NCBI GenBank assembly: GCA_963514005.1
Contig: OY740789.1
Coordinates: forward strand, 59,706,001-59,770,000
Direction of reading: 5' to 3'
Length of the DNA: 64,000 nt
From: Raja brachyura
Lineage: Eukaryota
The notes beneath the pieces were generated by a model that was given only the letters and a program-made list of their open reading frames with translations, was not told the origin of the DNA and ran no database searches. Below are positions 1 through 13,569 of this stretch, piece by piece. Each line of letters begins with the position of its first letter. The stretch's first letter is position 1. The position numbers and the translations under genes are program-made.

Positions 1-354
1 AGATAAGGATGCTGGTCAGATTTCATTTTCTTTGACATCATTATGATGTGTATTGCAGTTTCATATCTTTCTTGAATCAACTGTATTAGACACAAATAAA
101 CAACAGAAAAGAATAAATCAATTTTATCCAACACAATTTTTTCACTAATACATACGAAGTTGACAATATTTGTTGTAAGGATTGGAAATATTTTTAATCC
201 TAAATCCAATTTTAAACTGTTAACAAATAATAAATAATTCTGTTATAAGGTGTTATAAATTCAATGTGTGGTATTGGATATTGTACAGGAATTTTCTTAT
301 GAAAAATTGTATCTTTGGTTTGTGAAACTAAAAAAGTTATGAATCAAGGACCAG

Positions 355-890
355 TTTGTCACATGTGCAGTGAAAAGCATACTATCCAATCTGCAGAAAG
401 ATGATACATGATTAGAATCGAGCTGTCCATGGTGTACCAATACCTATTAATGGGAATAACATTTAGTGCAAGATAAAGTCTGAATATAGATAGTCTGAGG
501 GCCTTCAATGAGATGGATGGTAACTCAGGATGGCTCTCTAGATGTCGGTCGGATGGTTCAGTTGCCTGATAACAGCTGGGAAGAAATCGTCTTTGCATCT
601 GGAAGCATGTGTTTTCACACTTCATGCCTGATGGGAGAGGAGAAGATGGTGCGACCGGGGTGAGATTCATCCTTGTTTCTGCTGGTGGTGTTGCCGAGGC
701 AGCGTGAAGTATAGATGGAGTGAATGGAAGGGAGGTTGGTTTTGTGATTGGCTGGGCTGCGTCCACAATTCTCTGCAATTTCTTTTGATCTTGGATGGAA
801 CTGTTCCCAAACCATGCTTTTATGTATCCCGATTAACAAAAATATAAGACGCATCTGTGGAACTTGGTGAGATTTGTTGGTGACCTGTTT
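355..890 (-). mobile_element. Degraded non-LTR retrotransposon 3' fragment (Rex1/Babar-like)
   Basis: Minus-strand LQRIVDAAQPITK...DESHPG-like C-terminal remnant, plus a tail resembling the ttttcactgcacatgtgaca ends seen elsewhere in the window. Confidence 0.6.
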
Positions 891-2267
891 ACTCTATACT
901 CACTTTCTACTGGGTTGTAAATTCAAAGGCTTGGTTTGGTTAATTTTTTTTTTAACATAAATTGAAATAATAAATTATGATTGAATGATTGTTGCTGATG
1001 TGTTTTACAGTTTCAGGCTTGAAATTAGTAATTAGGTTGCGAAAAGTGACTCCAGATGTTGTTCAAAATATAACCTAGGTCAGTTTCCAGTCGTGATGCA
1101 TCTAGCCAAAAATTAGATTGTAAAGTTTATAAAATTAGTTTTGTGTTGCCAGCATATAAAGTTGCTGGTTTGCTGTAAAGGTGATGTCACTAGATTTTGT
1201 GCAACATACCTGAAATATAAGACTCTTGAATATTTTGGATAAATAGAGCTGTGCACATTTTCAGGGCAAATTAAACCATTGGATTATTGTCATTTTATAG
1301 AATTACTGTTGATTTTGGACAATTGTATCCCACTGGCTGTATAGAGAGCTGCAGTGCCTCTAAATGTTGGCCATTATTTTATTCAGGTTGTTTACTTTTA
1401 ATAAAATGCAAATTAATATATTGGTCTGGATGTTTCACTGACCAACAGGTTATCTCGGCTTATTGATTGCCTGTTTAAAGCTTGCTATTACCTGGAACAA
1501 TCTTTTGTAAGGAAATCAGCTGCCAGGTGGCTGTGAACCCTTTGCAGCATTGGGTCTTTCTCGTTTTAAAATAACTGGCAAACCTCAAACACCAAATGAC
1601 TTTTTATTAGCTGTCAAAGCGATTCAACATTTGTGAATATTCCTGACCACAACATTCAAAAGTGGTCAAAATTAAAAAATAGATACTTAAAAATACTTTA
1701 AGGTTAATTAACTAACAAAGCTCAAAAATTCATGGAAACATTAAAAAAACAATTAAATACATTGAAATCAACCCATTAAATAAAAAACAAAAACAAATGA
1801 GGCAGCACTTGTCCTTCCTTCTCCAGCCAATTCTCCTCATTAAATTCAATGATACCTCTGGACTTGTGCCAGATTCAGTGGGCATATTTCCCAGCCTAAG
1901 TGCAAGGAAATGTGCTCCCTCAATGGCTGCACTCGGATGTCCTGTCGACAATGAGCAACTGAAGAGGGGTTGGGGGATGCCACCTTCACCCAGAAATACC
2001 AAATATCCACAATGCTATGTTAGAAAAAGCCAACAGCATTTCGAGCCAAACTACAGGCTTTTATTTAGTAGAGTCTGGCCATTGGCTTTATTATGCAGAA
2101 TTGGTTGGGCAAGTGAAGAATTTCGAATATGGTAAAAATCATGTGAATATTATACACCGGATTTGATTTGAGTCCTGGTTTATTTATGTAAGATGTGTTT
2201 TGTTTTTCCATGCTGAATAATACTGGCACAAATCATTCACACATTACAGACCAGGTACATTGATTAG

Positions 2268-2532
2268 TTCTCCACAGCCAACATGGACCTATGTGGGCTC
2301 CACCTTGTTCATCATTGCTGGCTTTGATTTGTTGTTTTGCATATCTTTCATTCATTTTTTCCTATGTACCTTTTCATATCTCTCATTTCCCTCTCCCGAC
2401 TCTCACTGAAGAACAGTCACGACCCAAGACATCACCCATTCCTTCCTCCAGAGATGCTGTCTGATCCTCTGGCTTACTCAAGCTTTATGTGTCAATCTTC
2501 AGTGTAAACCACCATCTGCAGTTCCTTCCTGC
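2268..2532 (+). mobile_element. Penelope-like element 3'/pLTR fragment with decayed hammerhead
   Basis: Contains ctgaagaacagtcacgacccaagacatc (decayed HHR) and the catctgcagttccttcct tail. Flanked by the 11-bp direct repeat acattgattag (2257-2267 and 2533-2543). Confidence 0.7.
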
Positions 2533-2574
2533 ACATTGATTAGCAAATGTGATGCAGATTGCAGCACTTGGAAC

Positions 2575-2777
2575 TATAATGAGCCGAGTCATAAGCACGT
2601 CAAGGTACAACACACGTTTATTAAAGTTCACTCACAGCATTCATCTGCATGGTGTTACAGTAGGCTAGCAGCTACTCAGACTAATTACAGCAGACTTCTG
2701 ATAATATAAACCACATATTAGGCGGAGCTTCTACTAACAAGCACTACAATTGGTGAGTAAGAAGTAACCAATCTACA
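2575..2777 (-). repeat. 3' LTR of Gypsy element
   Basis: Direct-repeat partner of 4239-4425; tataatgagccgagtc...aaccaatctaca. Confidence 0.9.
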
Positions 2778-3086
2778 TCTTTCCTTGTAGAAACAAAAAT
2801 AAAGCATTGATACATGGTGGCTACACAGTACAGTAGCTGAAACGCTAATAATGCATATGGGGAAGTATAGATGTTTACACAAAATCTCCGTATCTAAGGG
2901 GTGGCCTACTGACCCACATCTCCTCCTTTCATCGGTGAAGTGACCGGGGACGGCACCGGAGACCCGCCGAGTGGAGGTGGTGAAATCGGCGAGATGGGTG
3001 CTGAACGCCGTGGAGAGGCCGCGTGGGACACAGTCTGTTGAGCAGTCGGCCCGGCAGTGGGAGGATATATAAAATGTGAACTCTGG

Positions 3087-4148
3087 TTACGGAGCTGCGG
3101 GACGTGGTTCCTTCACAGGAAAGAGATGTTGACGGTTGCATCTGTAAATGCCCCTGTCCGCACTCTCCAAGCGGGTGCAGAACCTCACCTCCATAATCCC
3201 GCAACTTGACCAAAGCTTTTTCAACATGCTCAGCATTATGTATTCATTTAAATTCAGATAAGGACATGACATAACACTTTGCTCCGGTATCTATCTTAGC
3301 GAGCGCAGTTTTGTTATTAACAATCAGGGTGACTTCAGGGTAGTGTTGCTTGTTAGTGGAAGGGAGGAGGGAGTGAATGTCTGAACTGTTACCTTGACAT
3401 TCAAAGAGGAGAGCAGGGGATGGCGCATCCAGCTCGTGGTTTTCGTTATCAGTAGGTTCATGTTTTAACAGGTGCACATTTGTTCTTGGGACGGATCGAG
3501 TCGCACGAGAATGGCAACATTTTGCGAAGTGGTTAAATTTCTTACAGTAGTTGCAAATTTTACCAGAAGCAACGCAGAATTCCCAACCTGGAGCATGAGA
3601 ACTGTTACAATTAGGGCACTGAGCAGTAGACCTTTGTTGCTGCCAGGGAGGGGAAGGCTGTGAAGGCTTGTTACAACAGGAGGTATCATCGGCTTGATTT
3701 AGTATCAGTTCAGTGTTACGAAGCAGTTTGTCTCTCACTTTGTCACTGAGTAAATCTCCAATGAGTTTGTTGCGGATCAGATCATCACATAAATCACCAA
3801 AGCGACAGAACTGAACTGTCATGTGTTTTAAGTCGCTCAAAAAGCACTCAATGGGTTAGTCCTGCTGTTGGAAACAAGCAAAAAAACTTGGTGCGTTTGA
3901 TTATAGAATTCGACGGGAGGTCAGCACCTGGACAAGATTGTTGTGGTCTAAAACAACAGGCGTGAAAGTAAAATGAGCCGCACACTTCTTTGCCTCAGGG
4001 CCAGCAAGGTTTAAGAGTATGGAAGCATGTGCCTTGTTGTGATGAACAATCCAAATGTAGTGGATGTAATTTGCTTGAACAGGCACCATTGTTCGGCGAT
4101 ATCAGAGTCAAAGATCAGAGGACTAGGACGGCGAGATGAATTTGCCAT
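3087..4148 (-). pseudogene. Disrupted gag-protease fused to an integrase C-terminal remnant
   Basis: ATG at 4148 (MANSSRRPSPLIFD...). Contains CPNCNSSHAPGWEFC and CNYCKKFNHFAKCC knuckles and AKIDTGAKC, with frameshifts and stops; no RT or RNaseH seen. Confidence 0.85.
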
Positions 4149-4220
4149 GATGGAGATAACATGCACATAAAGCAAGTTAGAAAAAAATAAAGCCCTATAA
4201 ACTTAAACGGTGTGGGTAAG

Positions 4221-4238
4221 ATCCCACTTCTGACACCA
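4221..4238 (-). promoter_or_regulatory. Primer binding site (tRNA-Leu type)
   Basis: Minus strand reads TGGTGTCAGAAGTGGGAT immediately inside the 5' LTR, complementary to the recalled tRNA-Leu 3' end ATCCCACTTCTGACACCA. Confidence 0.85.
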
Positions 4239-4425
4239 TGTAATGAGTCGAGTCATACGCACGTCAAGGTACCACACATGTTTAGTAAAGTTCACGCACA
4301 GCATTCATCTGTCTGGTGTAACAGACTAATTACTTAAGCAGACTTCTGATGATATAAACTGCATAGTAAGCGGAGCTTCTACTAACAAGCACTACAATTG
4401 GTTAGTAAAAAGTAACCAATCTACA
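4239..4425 (-). repeat. 5' LTR of Gypsy element
   Basis: tgtaatgagtcgagtc...aaccaatctaca with TG..CA termini, adjacent to the PBS. Confidence 0.9.
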
Positions 4426-5157
4426 GGAACCATCTAGAAACTACAATGCATGCAACACAGCCTTTGTACATTCACGGCACAGAAGGATCCCCATATGACT
4501 CTTGAAAAATATGTTCCAATGGTTTTAATTCTTGACATACTGATAGTTCCTTGGAGCTTTCAGAGTACTGTACTTGTGTTTCCACTATTCCCTTCAAAAA
4601 CAAAACATTTATACATTTATTGCAACTAATATTGTCAAGTAAAATTGGTGGAGATTATAACTTTGTTCCACTTCCCATGCAAGGAACTGCACCTGCTGGA
4701 ATCCTAAACAAAACACAAAGTGCTGGATTAACTAAGTGAGACAGGCAGCAACTGTGGAACCTAAACACCATGTAAAGCTCCGAACAAATAATATGAAAAT
4801 TATTATTAATTATCAAATGTTGTTTATTATCTGGAAAAAACATTGAATTCTGGAAATATCAAGAGACCAACCTATAGCTGCAAAGACAGATGGCACATTG
4901 AACGTGGAGCCATCTTAGATAAATCTTGCTGTGAAAATAATTATTATCAAACTCGAAGTTCACAACTATGCAAGTCTGCGGATATCTACACAAGAGTGTA
5001 GTATTTCTTTTATTGACATTTAAGTGACTACTTTTGCTGAAATTAAAGGTACCTTAGAGAATACATTAATAATAGTACTCAATAATGCCACGTATTACAA
5101 TCACCATCACGAGGAGAAAAGGGATCATGAGAGCGCTGCGGCAAAAACAGACAGTGA

Positions 5158-5727
5158 AGGCCCTGTCCCACTTTGGCGTCATTTGCGCGTCATTTATGCG
5201 ACAGGCCGGTAGTGACTGCCTCGTGAAAATCGTCTAGCAGAACAACAGTCGCGCGCCAAGTGCTCTTGAGGGCCCTGCTTCTTTTGGGTGCCATTTGCCA
5301 TGTCGTTCGTACTTAGTTTGATCTCCGTGGCGAGGATTTCCCCAGGGAAAATCAAAGATATCATGGTAAAAAATGTCAAAACTACGTGCGCTTTATACCC
5401 AGTTGGTCACGTGGTGTGGCGCGCAAATGGTGCGCCAATGGAGTACGGGCAACGCATGGTTACGGACGTTGACGCACGATGATGCATAATAAATTAGCAT
5501 AGGCAATGTTCGTGCGTCACCACGCGCTACACGTATGCCGTCCGAACGTCAGCATATGCCATCAGTATGCCAGCATGTGCAAGGGGTGCGTCACGCAGGT
5601 GGCACGTGAAGATTTTGAGCATTCCAAAATATTGAGGCACCGCGCGCATACTCCACCATGCGCCATGCACGTGTCACAACTAATTTTTAGGATGTCGCGC
5701 AAATGACGCCCAAGTGGGACAGGCCCT
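5158..5727. mobile_element. PIF/Harbinger-type MITE
   Basis: ~32-bp TIRs (aggccctgtcccactttggcgtcatttgcgcg / cgcgcaaatgacgcccaagtgggacaggccct), flanked by tga / taa (TWA-type TSD). CpG-rich non-coding interior. Confidence 0.8.
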
Positions 5728-5779
5728 TAAGAGATTCTATGAGAAAACAACAAGGAAAAAACATTACTACACTAACTGC

Positions 5780-7430
5780 AGGTCCATAAGAAGATGAGAA
5801 TTGGGAATTTTATAATGGGAAATAAGGAAATAGCAGAAGCTTTGAACAAATCAGGATAAAATATACCCAAAGTAACCCCATTATGGCAGAAAGTCCATGA
5901 ACGAAAACAAAATAAACTGGCGAAAAATTAGCATACCAACTAATGGGATTAAATACTGGCAAGCCTCCTGGATATGATGGTGCATCCTATGGTCTTTGGA
6001 GGAATGACTACCGATATATTGTGGATGCATTGATTGAGATCTTGCAAAATTTCCTAACTTCTGGAAAAGTCCCAGTGGACTGAAAAACTACAAATGTAAC
6101 ATTTAGACTTTACATTTTAGAGAAACTGCGCAGAAAAATGCTATTTGGCGCACCGAGTCCATGCCGACCAGCGTCACCCCGTACAACAACAGCATCCTAC
6201 ACACTAGGAGCAAATTTTATTATTTGTACTGAAGACAATTAACCTACATCTTTGGTGTGAGGTAGGAAACTGGAACACCCAGAAGAAACCCACGTGGTCA
6301 CAGGGAAAACAAAGAAACTCCATATAGACAGGACCCTAGGGTGGGAGCAACTCCAGCACTGTGCCACTGTGCCAGCCTTTTCTTGAATGTTTATTCAAAC
6401 AAACAAACAAGAGGCTATTACCTAGTTGGCTTGACTTCTGTCACTGGGAAAGTGTTAAAATCCAACATGAAGAAACATTTAGATGATCATATATGAAAGG
6501 CAATTATGTTTGACAAGTTTCTTGTGTTCTTTGAGGATGTAAGAAGAGTTGGGGGGGGAGATGGAAGTAAAGCGGTAGGTTTTGTGTATTTGGATTTCCA
6601 AGGTGTGAACCTTATTGCACAAGGCTGGAGCTTATGGCATATGAGGTAATGTATATGGATGACTGGAGATAAAAGCAGAAAATATTGGAAATGCTTGCCA
6701 GGTCAGGCATTGTCTATGGGAAGAGTAACAGAATTAATCTTTTGCGTCAAAGATCATTCAGAAATGGATGAACAATGTCAGGATGAAGGGATTATTTTGA
6801 AGTTAGTCATCTCTAGCTAGTGGGGTGGAACAGTAATATGTGGTGGGACCTTTCGTTTACTGTCTGTACCAAGCACCTACACAAAGGAACAGAATGTATC
6901 TTGCCAAATTTGCTGTTGATACCATTATATAAATTAAAAAACAAGTCTCTAGGTTGATTAAGCAAGTGGCCAAAGCTTGAACAAAATGGTATTTAACTTG
7001 GGGGAGTGTGAAGTTATCTACTTCTGTAGGAAGAATAGAAAAGTGAAATATTGTTTAAATGGAGAACACCACAGAATGTAGCAGAACAGTGGAATTTGTG
7101 TGTCATGAAGTTACATGAACATTATGTTGACGGAATGTTATCCTATATTGCAAAGAGAACGAAATATGAAAGACAGGAACTCTTGCTATAATTATTATCA
7201 AACTCAAAGTGTCACTGTGCTAAATAAGGTGTTGGTGAGACCACGACCAAAGTACTGCATGCACTTCTGGTCTCCTTTAATTAGTTCAGTCAAGGTTCAT
7301 TAGATTGATTCCTTGAACAAAGCTATATTGAGGGAAGTTTAAACATGTGGGGCCTGACAAGTGACTTTATTGAAAAATATAAGATTCTAATGGGGCTTGA
7401 CAGTATAAATGCTGTGAGATTGAGCAGTGA
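5780..7430 (+). mobile_element. Highly degraded CR1 LINE ORF2 remnant, interrupted by a SINE and a PLE piece
   Basis: Remnants of the CR1 motifs KSPGPDG, VP.DWK.ANV, YLDFQK, KFA.DT and LVRP.L.YC..FWSP. Confidence 0.7.
6105..6376 (-). mobile_element. HE1-type V-SINE
   Basis: Reverse complement of the V-domain (ggaaactggaacacccagaagaaacccacgtggtcacaggg) and CR1-derived tail. Confidence 0.75.
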
Positions 7431-7439
7431 TGCATTGAG

Positions 7440-7730
7440 ATTTGAGTTTGCCAAACAGCCATACGAATAAAAAACACAATACAGGATAGAGTTTAACATG
7501 AACATCCCCCACAGTGGAATCAATGTTTCCCACTGTGATGGAAGGCAATAAAGTTCATTCATCTTCCTCTTTGTTCACCCGTAGTCGGGGCCTTTGAACC
7601 CTCCGCAGTCGCCGCTACGGATGGCCCGATGTACAGGCCCTCTCGCCGATGATCGAAACTCTGGCGTCGGAACGGATCGGAACACACTCGTGGCTTGGAG
7701 TTCCAGAATCGGCCACTTCTTCAATGGGAA
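7440..7730 (-). mobile_element. Fragment of GC-rich non-autonomous retroelement (related to 11032-11800)
   Basis: Shares the tgtgg..gatgtt.atgtt tail motif in reverse orientation and a CpG-rich body. Confidence 0.5.
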
Positions 7731-10700
7731 TCCAACATTATTATCTATCCTATCTTTTATAGTTTTACCTGCCTCTATTTTGTTGCCTCTCAGCCTCGTT
7801 TTTTTCTTGGGAAATCAGACCCAGCCTATCCAATCTCTCCTTGTACCTCAATCCCTACAATTCAAACAAGTTCCTTGTGAACCTTCTCTGCACCTTCTCT
7901 AAGTTGATATATATTTCCTGTATAATATAAGGCTTTAAAAATGAAGAGAAGATTATAAATTTTAACCATAACTCTAGGAGCCGATGCAGATCTTGGGTGG
8001 TGGAGAAGTGAGTTGGTTTGGTAAATATGTTGTCAACATATGTGGTCAAGAACTGAATTGTGAAAGATTTGGCTCTATTCAAGAGTGAATATATTCTGGA
8101 TTTGATAAGGTAATAAATGTGGTTTCTATATTATGGTCAGGTGGAGGTAATATTCGATTTGGAGAGGGAGGGAGCTGATGGATGCTCAATTCCATGTCCA
8201 ATGGAACATTTGGTTTCATTAATATAGTTCAACAGTGGCTCAGGAGAGGTTGGAGTTGGTGGCAAAAGAATGGAACTATGGCTGGTGCTGAAGACTGTCA
8301 TCTCATTATATCTGGAAAGTTGGATATCTAATTGGTAATCTGCATACAGGCAATGGGGAGGGGAGGGGATTGTGAGAGGACTGCGAGATGAGTGGAGAAA
8401 GGGAAGGATAAAATCAATCTTACACAAACGTCAAGGTGAGAATGAGTTTTCTGGAAATGATTTTGCCAAGAGATAGATGAACTGATCATTATCGTTTAAT
8501 TATAGAAGCATATCCTGATAATTAGACCAAATAATCTTTACCCTTCTCTTTCCTGCTCTGAAAATTGTGTTCTTTTATACCTCACAAGATGGCTGGTCTT
8601 AATAAATGAACTTCATTATGATTACCTGTGGACTATTTCAACAATGTCACAGCAGAAAATAATTCTATCCTCATAAATAGGGGACCATGATTTGACACAA
8701 ATTAGAGAGAGAACTGTGGCTATTTCTCACTTCTTTGACATGACATGATGCCATGAATTTACTAAATTCAATATCTAGAATGCTCTTCAAAATTTAGTGT
8801 TAAAACTATTGTTTGGTTGGTCACAAAACAGACACGTTTAGACTTTGTTACCGATGTTGAATGGTTCATTGTTAACTCTTGTTGTGGAATGACCTAATTG
8901 TTAAACAGCCCAATCTAAACCTTCAGGGCAACAACATTCAAGCAGATTAAATGTAGTAAATAATGCGCATAAATTGGACTAAATTACATGAGCTTCAAGA
9001 GGCAAATTGCCATCCTTGGGAGCTACAGTTTGAACATGTCTGCTTTGTGGCACTCACCGCTAAGATATTGTCCGCCGGTTTAATGGAACTTTATGTGCTG
9101 CCCCTTAATTCATGTGGTGTGCAAAAATATTTGTAAAGGACTTTCAATTTTAATTATTTCTTAGAAATCCCCTTCTCTCATCCAATTCATGGTTGAGATC
9201 AACTTTTAAACATTATTTTTAATTAAACGTGGTTTTAGAAAATGGAAAGGGTGCCAATGCTCAAAGCCGCACTTCTCCTGTAAACTGCGAAGATTGTAGT
9301 AAAGTTCAAGACTTGCTAATATGCTACTGATGCTACAGATTGTTAGATTGCCCCCTGGGATTTCAATTTATGAATACTTTGAATCTGGTTGGGCTGATAA
9401 CCAGCTCACTAAAGAAAGCAAGTCCTGGTTTGGCCAGGGTTCAGTCAGATGCTTTACACATTCAAGCATAATGCTAGTCAAAGCAGGGGATTTATCAATG
9501 GGCACATTGTATACCTTATGCAAGCAACAAAAACTTGTAAGCAGAAGCGTGTTTGCTGGTTAGCAGATGTCATGTCAAAGCTATAGACCAGTTGCTTCAT
9601 AAATTGTACTTATTGAGAAAATCCCATGGTTTTTTTTAATCTCTAACATAAAATGACTCTTATATCCCTTACTAATGAAATTTCCATTTGTTCACTGTGT
9701 TCTTTAAATTAGAACCATTTACAGCTCCAAAATTAACAAGGTCAGACAATGGAAACTGTAACGATGTACAGGCGTCTCGGGTGATTGACAGCTGATGTGG
9801 GACAAGAACTGGTGCTGGGGGTGGGGGAGACATTTGTAGGGGTGGAAAGCTGGACAACTTTGTAGCTTCACAGGGGATCTTTATCCAAGCTGAAATTAAT
9901 TATTTTTTTTAAAGAGGAAAATCTCTTTTTCCAAACTTGTCGTGAAAACTATAAAACTATTTTGTGCACTGGAATCAGACATACTTGTTATGCAGCACCT
10001 ACCCGAGGAATTTGACAATCCTAAAGAAATTGCTTTGTATATGTGTAAGGTCCTAAACTCCATACACTACAAATAAATGGAGTGGTCCGCAATGAATGTG
10101 GGTTAAATTCTCATGACCTACCTTTTGAACCTTTTGTTACTTTTCCATTTTCCAAATTCACATCTATTTGGTTCTCGAATTCCATGTTAACTACTTCCTA
10201 GTGAGATGCTATTTGAAAGCTTGCCAAAAAATCTAGGAAGTCACAGTATTGTGCATTTTTATTTTCCAAAAGACAATTGCATTCTTTGAACTTAAGCTAC
10301 AGTTCTCGATCTGTTATTGAAAAGGTATCAAGGTTTGCAAATTCAAAAATCGTTCTGGTTGCTAGAATTGGCTGAAATATTGACTTATGAGGTAGAGTTA
10401 AAACAAAAGTTAATTCAGTGAAAATAATTATGTTGCAGTGCAGTCAAGTTGTGCTTATGTAGCAAGAGGTTTCCAACATTCTCTTATTGTATTCAGCCTT
10501 CCTGGAGCCAGAAACAGTGTTAACATTTTAAGGAATAGATAGATCTTTCTTCAGGATGGCATGTTTACATTTCAGATTTCAAACAACTGCAATATCTCAC
10601 TTTTAGTTTACATTGAAGCTTCTTCTGTCCCAAAGAAGCAAACATTTATTTATTCCTGCAGCACTCTATTGACCGAGATGCTGCTTTATTTCACTCGGGA

Positions 10701-11031
10701 ATATCACCGATGTATGCCCATCCAGAACTGCTGTATGTTTTGGCATGTTTTGGGAACACCATTTAGCAGAATCCACCACTTCATTGCTTGCAAACTTTAA
10801 AATGTATTTCCCTGCCCAATCTTTAGATTCACTCCACCGTTCCTCACTTGAACTCTCTCTAACTTATGATGCACATTTTATTATAGTATTCCACAGTCAT
10901 TAAACTGCAGAACACAGATTTTCATTCACTGGTACATGTGTTAACTTGTAAATAAATTCTACTGCATCAGTTGAATGAAGGGTCCTGACCCAAAACATCA
11001 CTTATCCATGTTCTCTGACTGCCTGACCTAT

Positions 11032-11800
11032 AAGTTTGACTTGTATCCTCCACCAATTAATTTGCTCTGTTCCATGTCTGGGTGGCGCCACCAATGGCTA
11101 CCTCACCAACAGTCTGCCTGTCCTTTCCTTCTGTGTTGTTTTTTTAGTATGTGTTAAATGTATGTTTTTAGTGTTCTTTAGCTTATTTTTTTTGTGTGGG
11201 GGGGGGGGGTGTTGGGGGAAGGTTTTTCAAATCTCTTATCTCGACGGAGATGCAATATTTTTCCCGTGTCGTATCTCCGAGGAGTTGGCGGCCTTTGCTG
11301 GAGACCGATTTTGAGAGCTCCGCCGCAGTCGCCTGCGGACTTACAATCATGGCACTCGCGATCCCTTTGCCAGGGATCGACCTCGAAGCTCCTACCGCGG
11401 GTACTTGCGGACTTTAACATCGTGAAGTTCGAGGTCTCTGGTTAGAGAGCGACTTTGGGAACTCCAAGCCGCTGGAGTTTTGATCACCCTAACGTGGGAG
11501 TTTTGATCACCCCAACGCGGGAGTTTTGATCACCCTAACGTGGGAGTTTTGATCACCCCAACGCGGGAGTTTTGATCATCCCAACGCGGGAGTTTTGATC
11601 ACCCCGGCGTGGGGGCTTCGACCGACGGTTGCGGGAGCTTTGATCGCCCCGACAGATGGTTCGACTGCCCCTATCGCGAAATGAAGATTGTGGGGAATCC
11701 GCTGTGGTGGATGTTTATGTTCACATGGCTGTATGGTAACTCACATATCACTGTATCTTAATTGGTACATGTGACAATAAAAGATCTTTGAAACCTTTGA
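11032..11800 (+). mobile_element. GC-rich non-autonomous retroelement with Rex/Babar-type tail and internal minisatellite
   Basis: 3' tail cactgtatcttaattggtacatgtgacaataaa with a short repeat end; possible TSD gacctat (11025-11031 / 11801-11807). Confidence 0.6.
11474..11611 (+). repeat. 23-bp minisatellite, 6 copies
   Basis: Unit ggagttttgatcaccc(t/c)aacg(t/c)g, followed by two degenerate copies to ~11655. Confidence 0.9.
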
Positions 11801-11839
11801 GACCTATGAAATGCCCATAATATTTTTCCTACCATCTGG

Positions 11840-12030
11840 CACCTTGCATTCACCGTCAAAGCCCGAAACTTTGGAATTCCATCCCTAATCTTACTATCTA
11901 TCTTTTCTTCCTTAAGATGCCTTGTTCATCTACCCGAGTATCACCTGATATGGCTAAGAGTCAAATGTTAGCACTCTGTGAAATACATTGGGATGTTCTG
12001 CTATATTTTAGGCTATTTAAGTAAAGGCTG
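11840..12030 (+). mobile_element. L2-type LINE 3' end (old)
   Basis: ggaattccatccctaa...ccttaagatgc...ctgtgaaatacattgggatgttctgcta resembles the shark L2 tail. Confidence 0.5.
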
Positions 12031-13569
12031 TATTCTCGGCACTTGTGTGTATAAAACTAAAGAAAACACAGATTTAGAAAAGGCTCCACTGTATCAAGCT
12101 GCTCTCATTAAAGTGTTCTATGGCCACAGTAAAGAAAGACATCAGAAGGGAGAATTTTAAATGACCAATATCTACTCAGGATATTGTCACTGAGAAAAAT
12201 ATTGTGAATATTCCATAGTCTTCACAAATCATAATTCATCAGTCTTTATTTTAAGCATGTTGAATGAAGTGTCAGGCCATAAACAATAATTTATGCTATT
12301 TAATCAATTTAAAAGATCGGCATAACGGTATACTTCAACTACCTCTAGCCAAAATTATTGAGATAAACCTGGCCTGGATACTTTGAAATTAATTTATTTT
12401 TGGTGCAATTGTGTGGTAATCAAAGCACCAACAAGCCTATTCATTTTGCCTCTGCAGTCCAAGCACAGGCACTTATGTCTGCTGCTAAATGGGCTGGTAC
12501 ACCATAGAATAAAAATGATTTTATTATTTTACTGTGTTCTGAAATATTTATTTTTTAATGTTGCTAATTCTTTAATCCCAGGGATTGACCTCGGTGTATT
12601 CTATGGCATTTTTGTAATGAAAGTGATAGCAACATTTAAAATTCAGCCCATTCTCATATCAGCAATTAACAAAGCTATAAATTGCAATTGTGTGTCTTTA
12701 TCATATTTATCAATATGTTCAATGTAACACTTTGGAGTCTTTCAGAAAGATACTGGTTAGAATTTACGATAAAGGATAGTTTATCAGTATTTAGTTTAGC
12801 TCTTTGGTTGTTTTCAGACTGACCATGATTGCATTGATTTCCAATTTGGATTGTACCACTCTGGAAATTAAACAAATCATTTACAGTTTAAAATCCTTTA
12901 TGTTAATTATGTGGTTTTATATTTTCTGATCATGCAATGACAAATTCCCTGTGTAACATCCCTTTACATGCCCAGATAATTAGTTCATATTTTTCTGCGA
13001 TGCTCCTGCTATTCATCTCTCAGAACAACAGTTCTCTCAGAACAACAATATTTAAATAAACACCAATCTGTACAATATTACCCAGAATGGCAACATTAGC
13101 AAAGTCTTACACAAATAAAGAAGCTAAATGCCCCTGAATGGCCACATGAATTCATCCTGTCACAGAAACCCCTTTCGTTTCACACATTCTCCCCTACCTG
13201 CTACCTAAACCAATGTTTCTCTTTTCCAGTTCTGACAAAGGGTCAAATATTAACAATTTATCCTTCCACAGATGCTGCCTAATCGGCTTAGTTCATACAG
13301 TATTTTCTGTTCGTATTATTCATGTTTAATTAGCACTACTTCACGAGCAGATCCCAGTACATGTGGCAGGAAACCTCTCTCAATCTTTCTTTCTGCCATT
13401 TATTATAGCGGTCTTTGTTTCAATTATGTTCCTCATTCTGTACCTCCAATATATTGCTTTGGGTTTCACTGGTCATTATCCAGAAATGTTTCTGTCACTT
13501 TTTAAGTTTGTATGCATTTCCAATTCCCCATACTCTGTATTGGTGCTTCTGAATCAGAATGTCTAGAAA

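Larger units (their letters stand above)
2575..4425 (-). mobile_element. Internally deleted Ty3/Gypsy LTR retrotransposon (1.85 kb)
   Basis: Two ~190-200 bp LTRs (2575-2777, 4239-4425) and a 5-bp TSD GGAAC (2570-2574, 4426-4430). Has a PBS, a purine tract adjacent to the 3' LTR, gag zinc knuckles, the protease motif KIDTGA and an integrase C-terminal remnant (IYRCNRQHL). Confidence 0.92.

Noticed and set aside
9321-9563. ORF with ISIYEYFESGWADNQL, faintly like the CRIM1 exon 1/2 junction (EYEAG...NWTDDQL)
   Set aside because: Lacks the conserved cysteines and suitable splice sites; probably chance. The upstream exons appear to lie outside the window.
11474-11611. Regularly spaced repeats resembling a CRISPR array
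   Set aside because: Head-to-tail units with no unique spacers, eukaryotic context and no cas genes.
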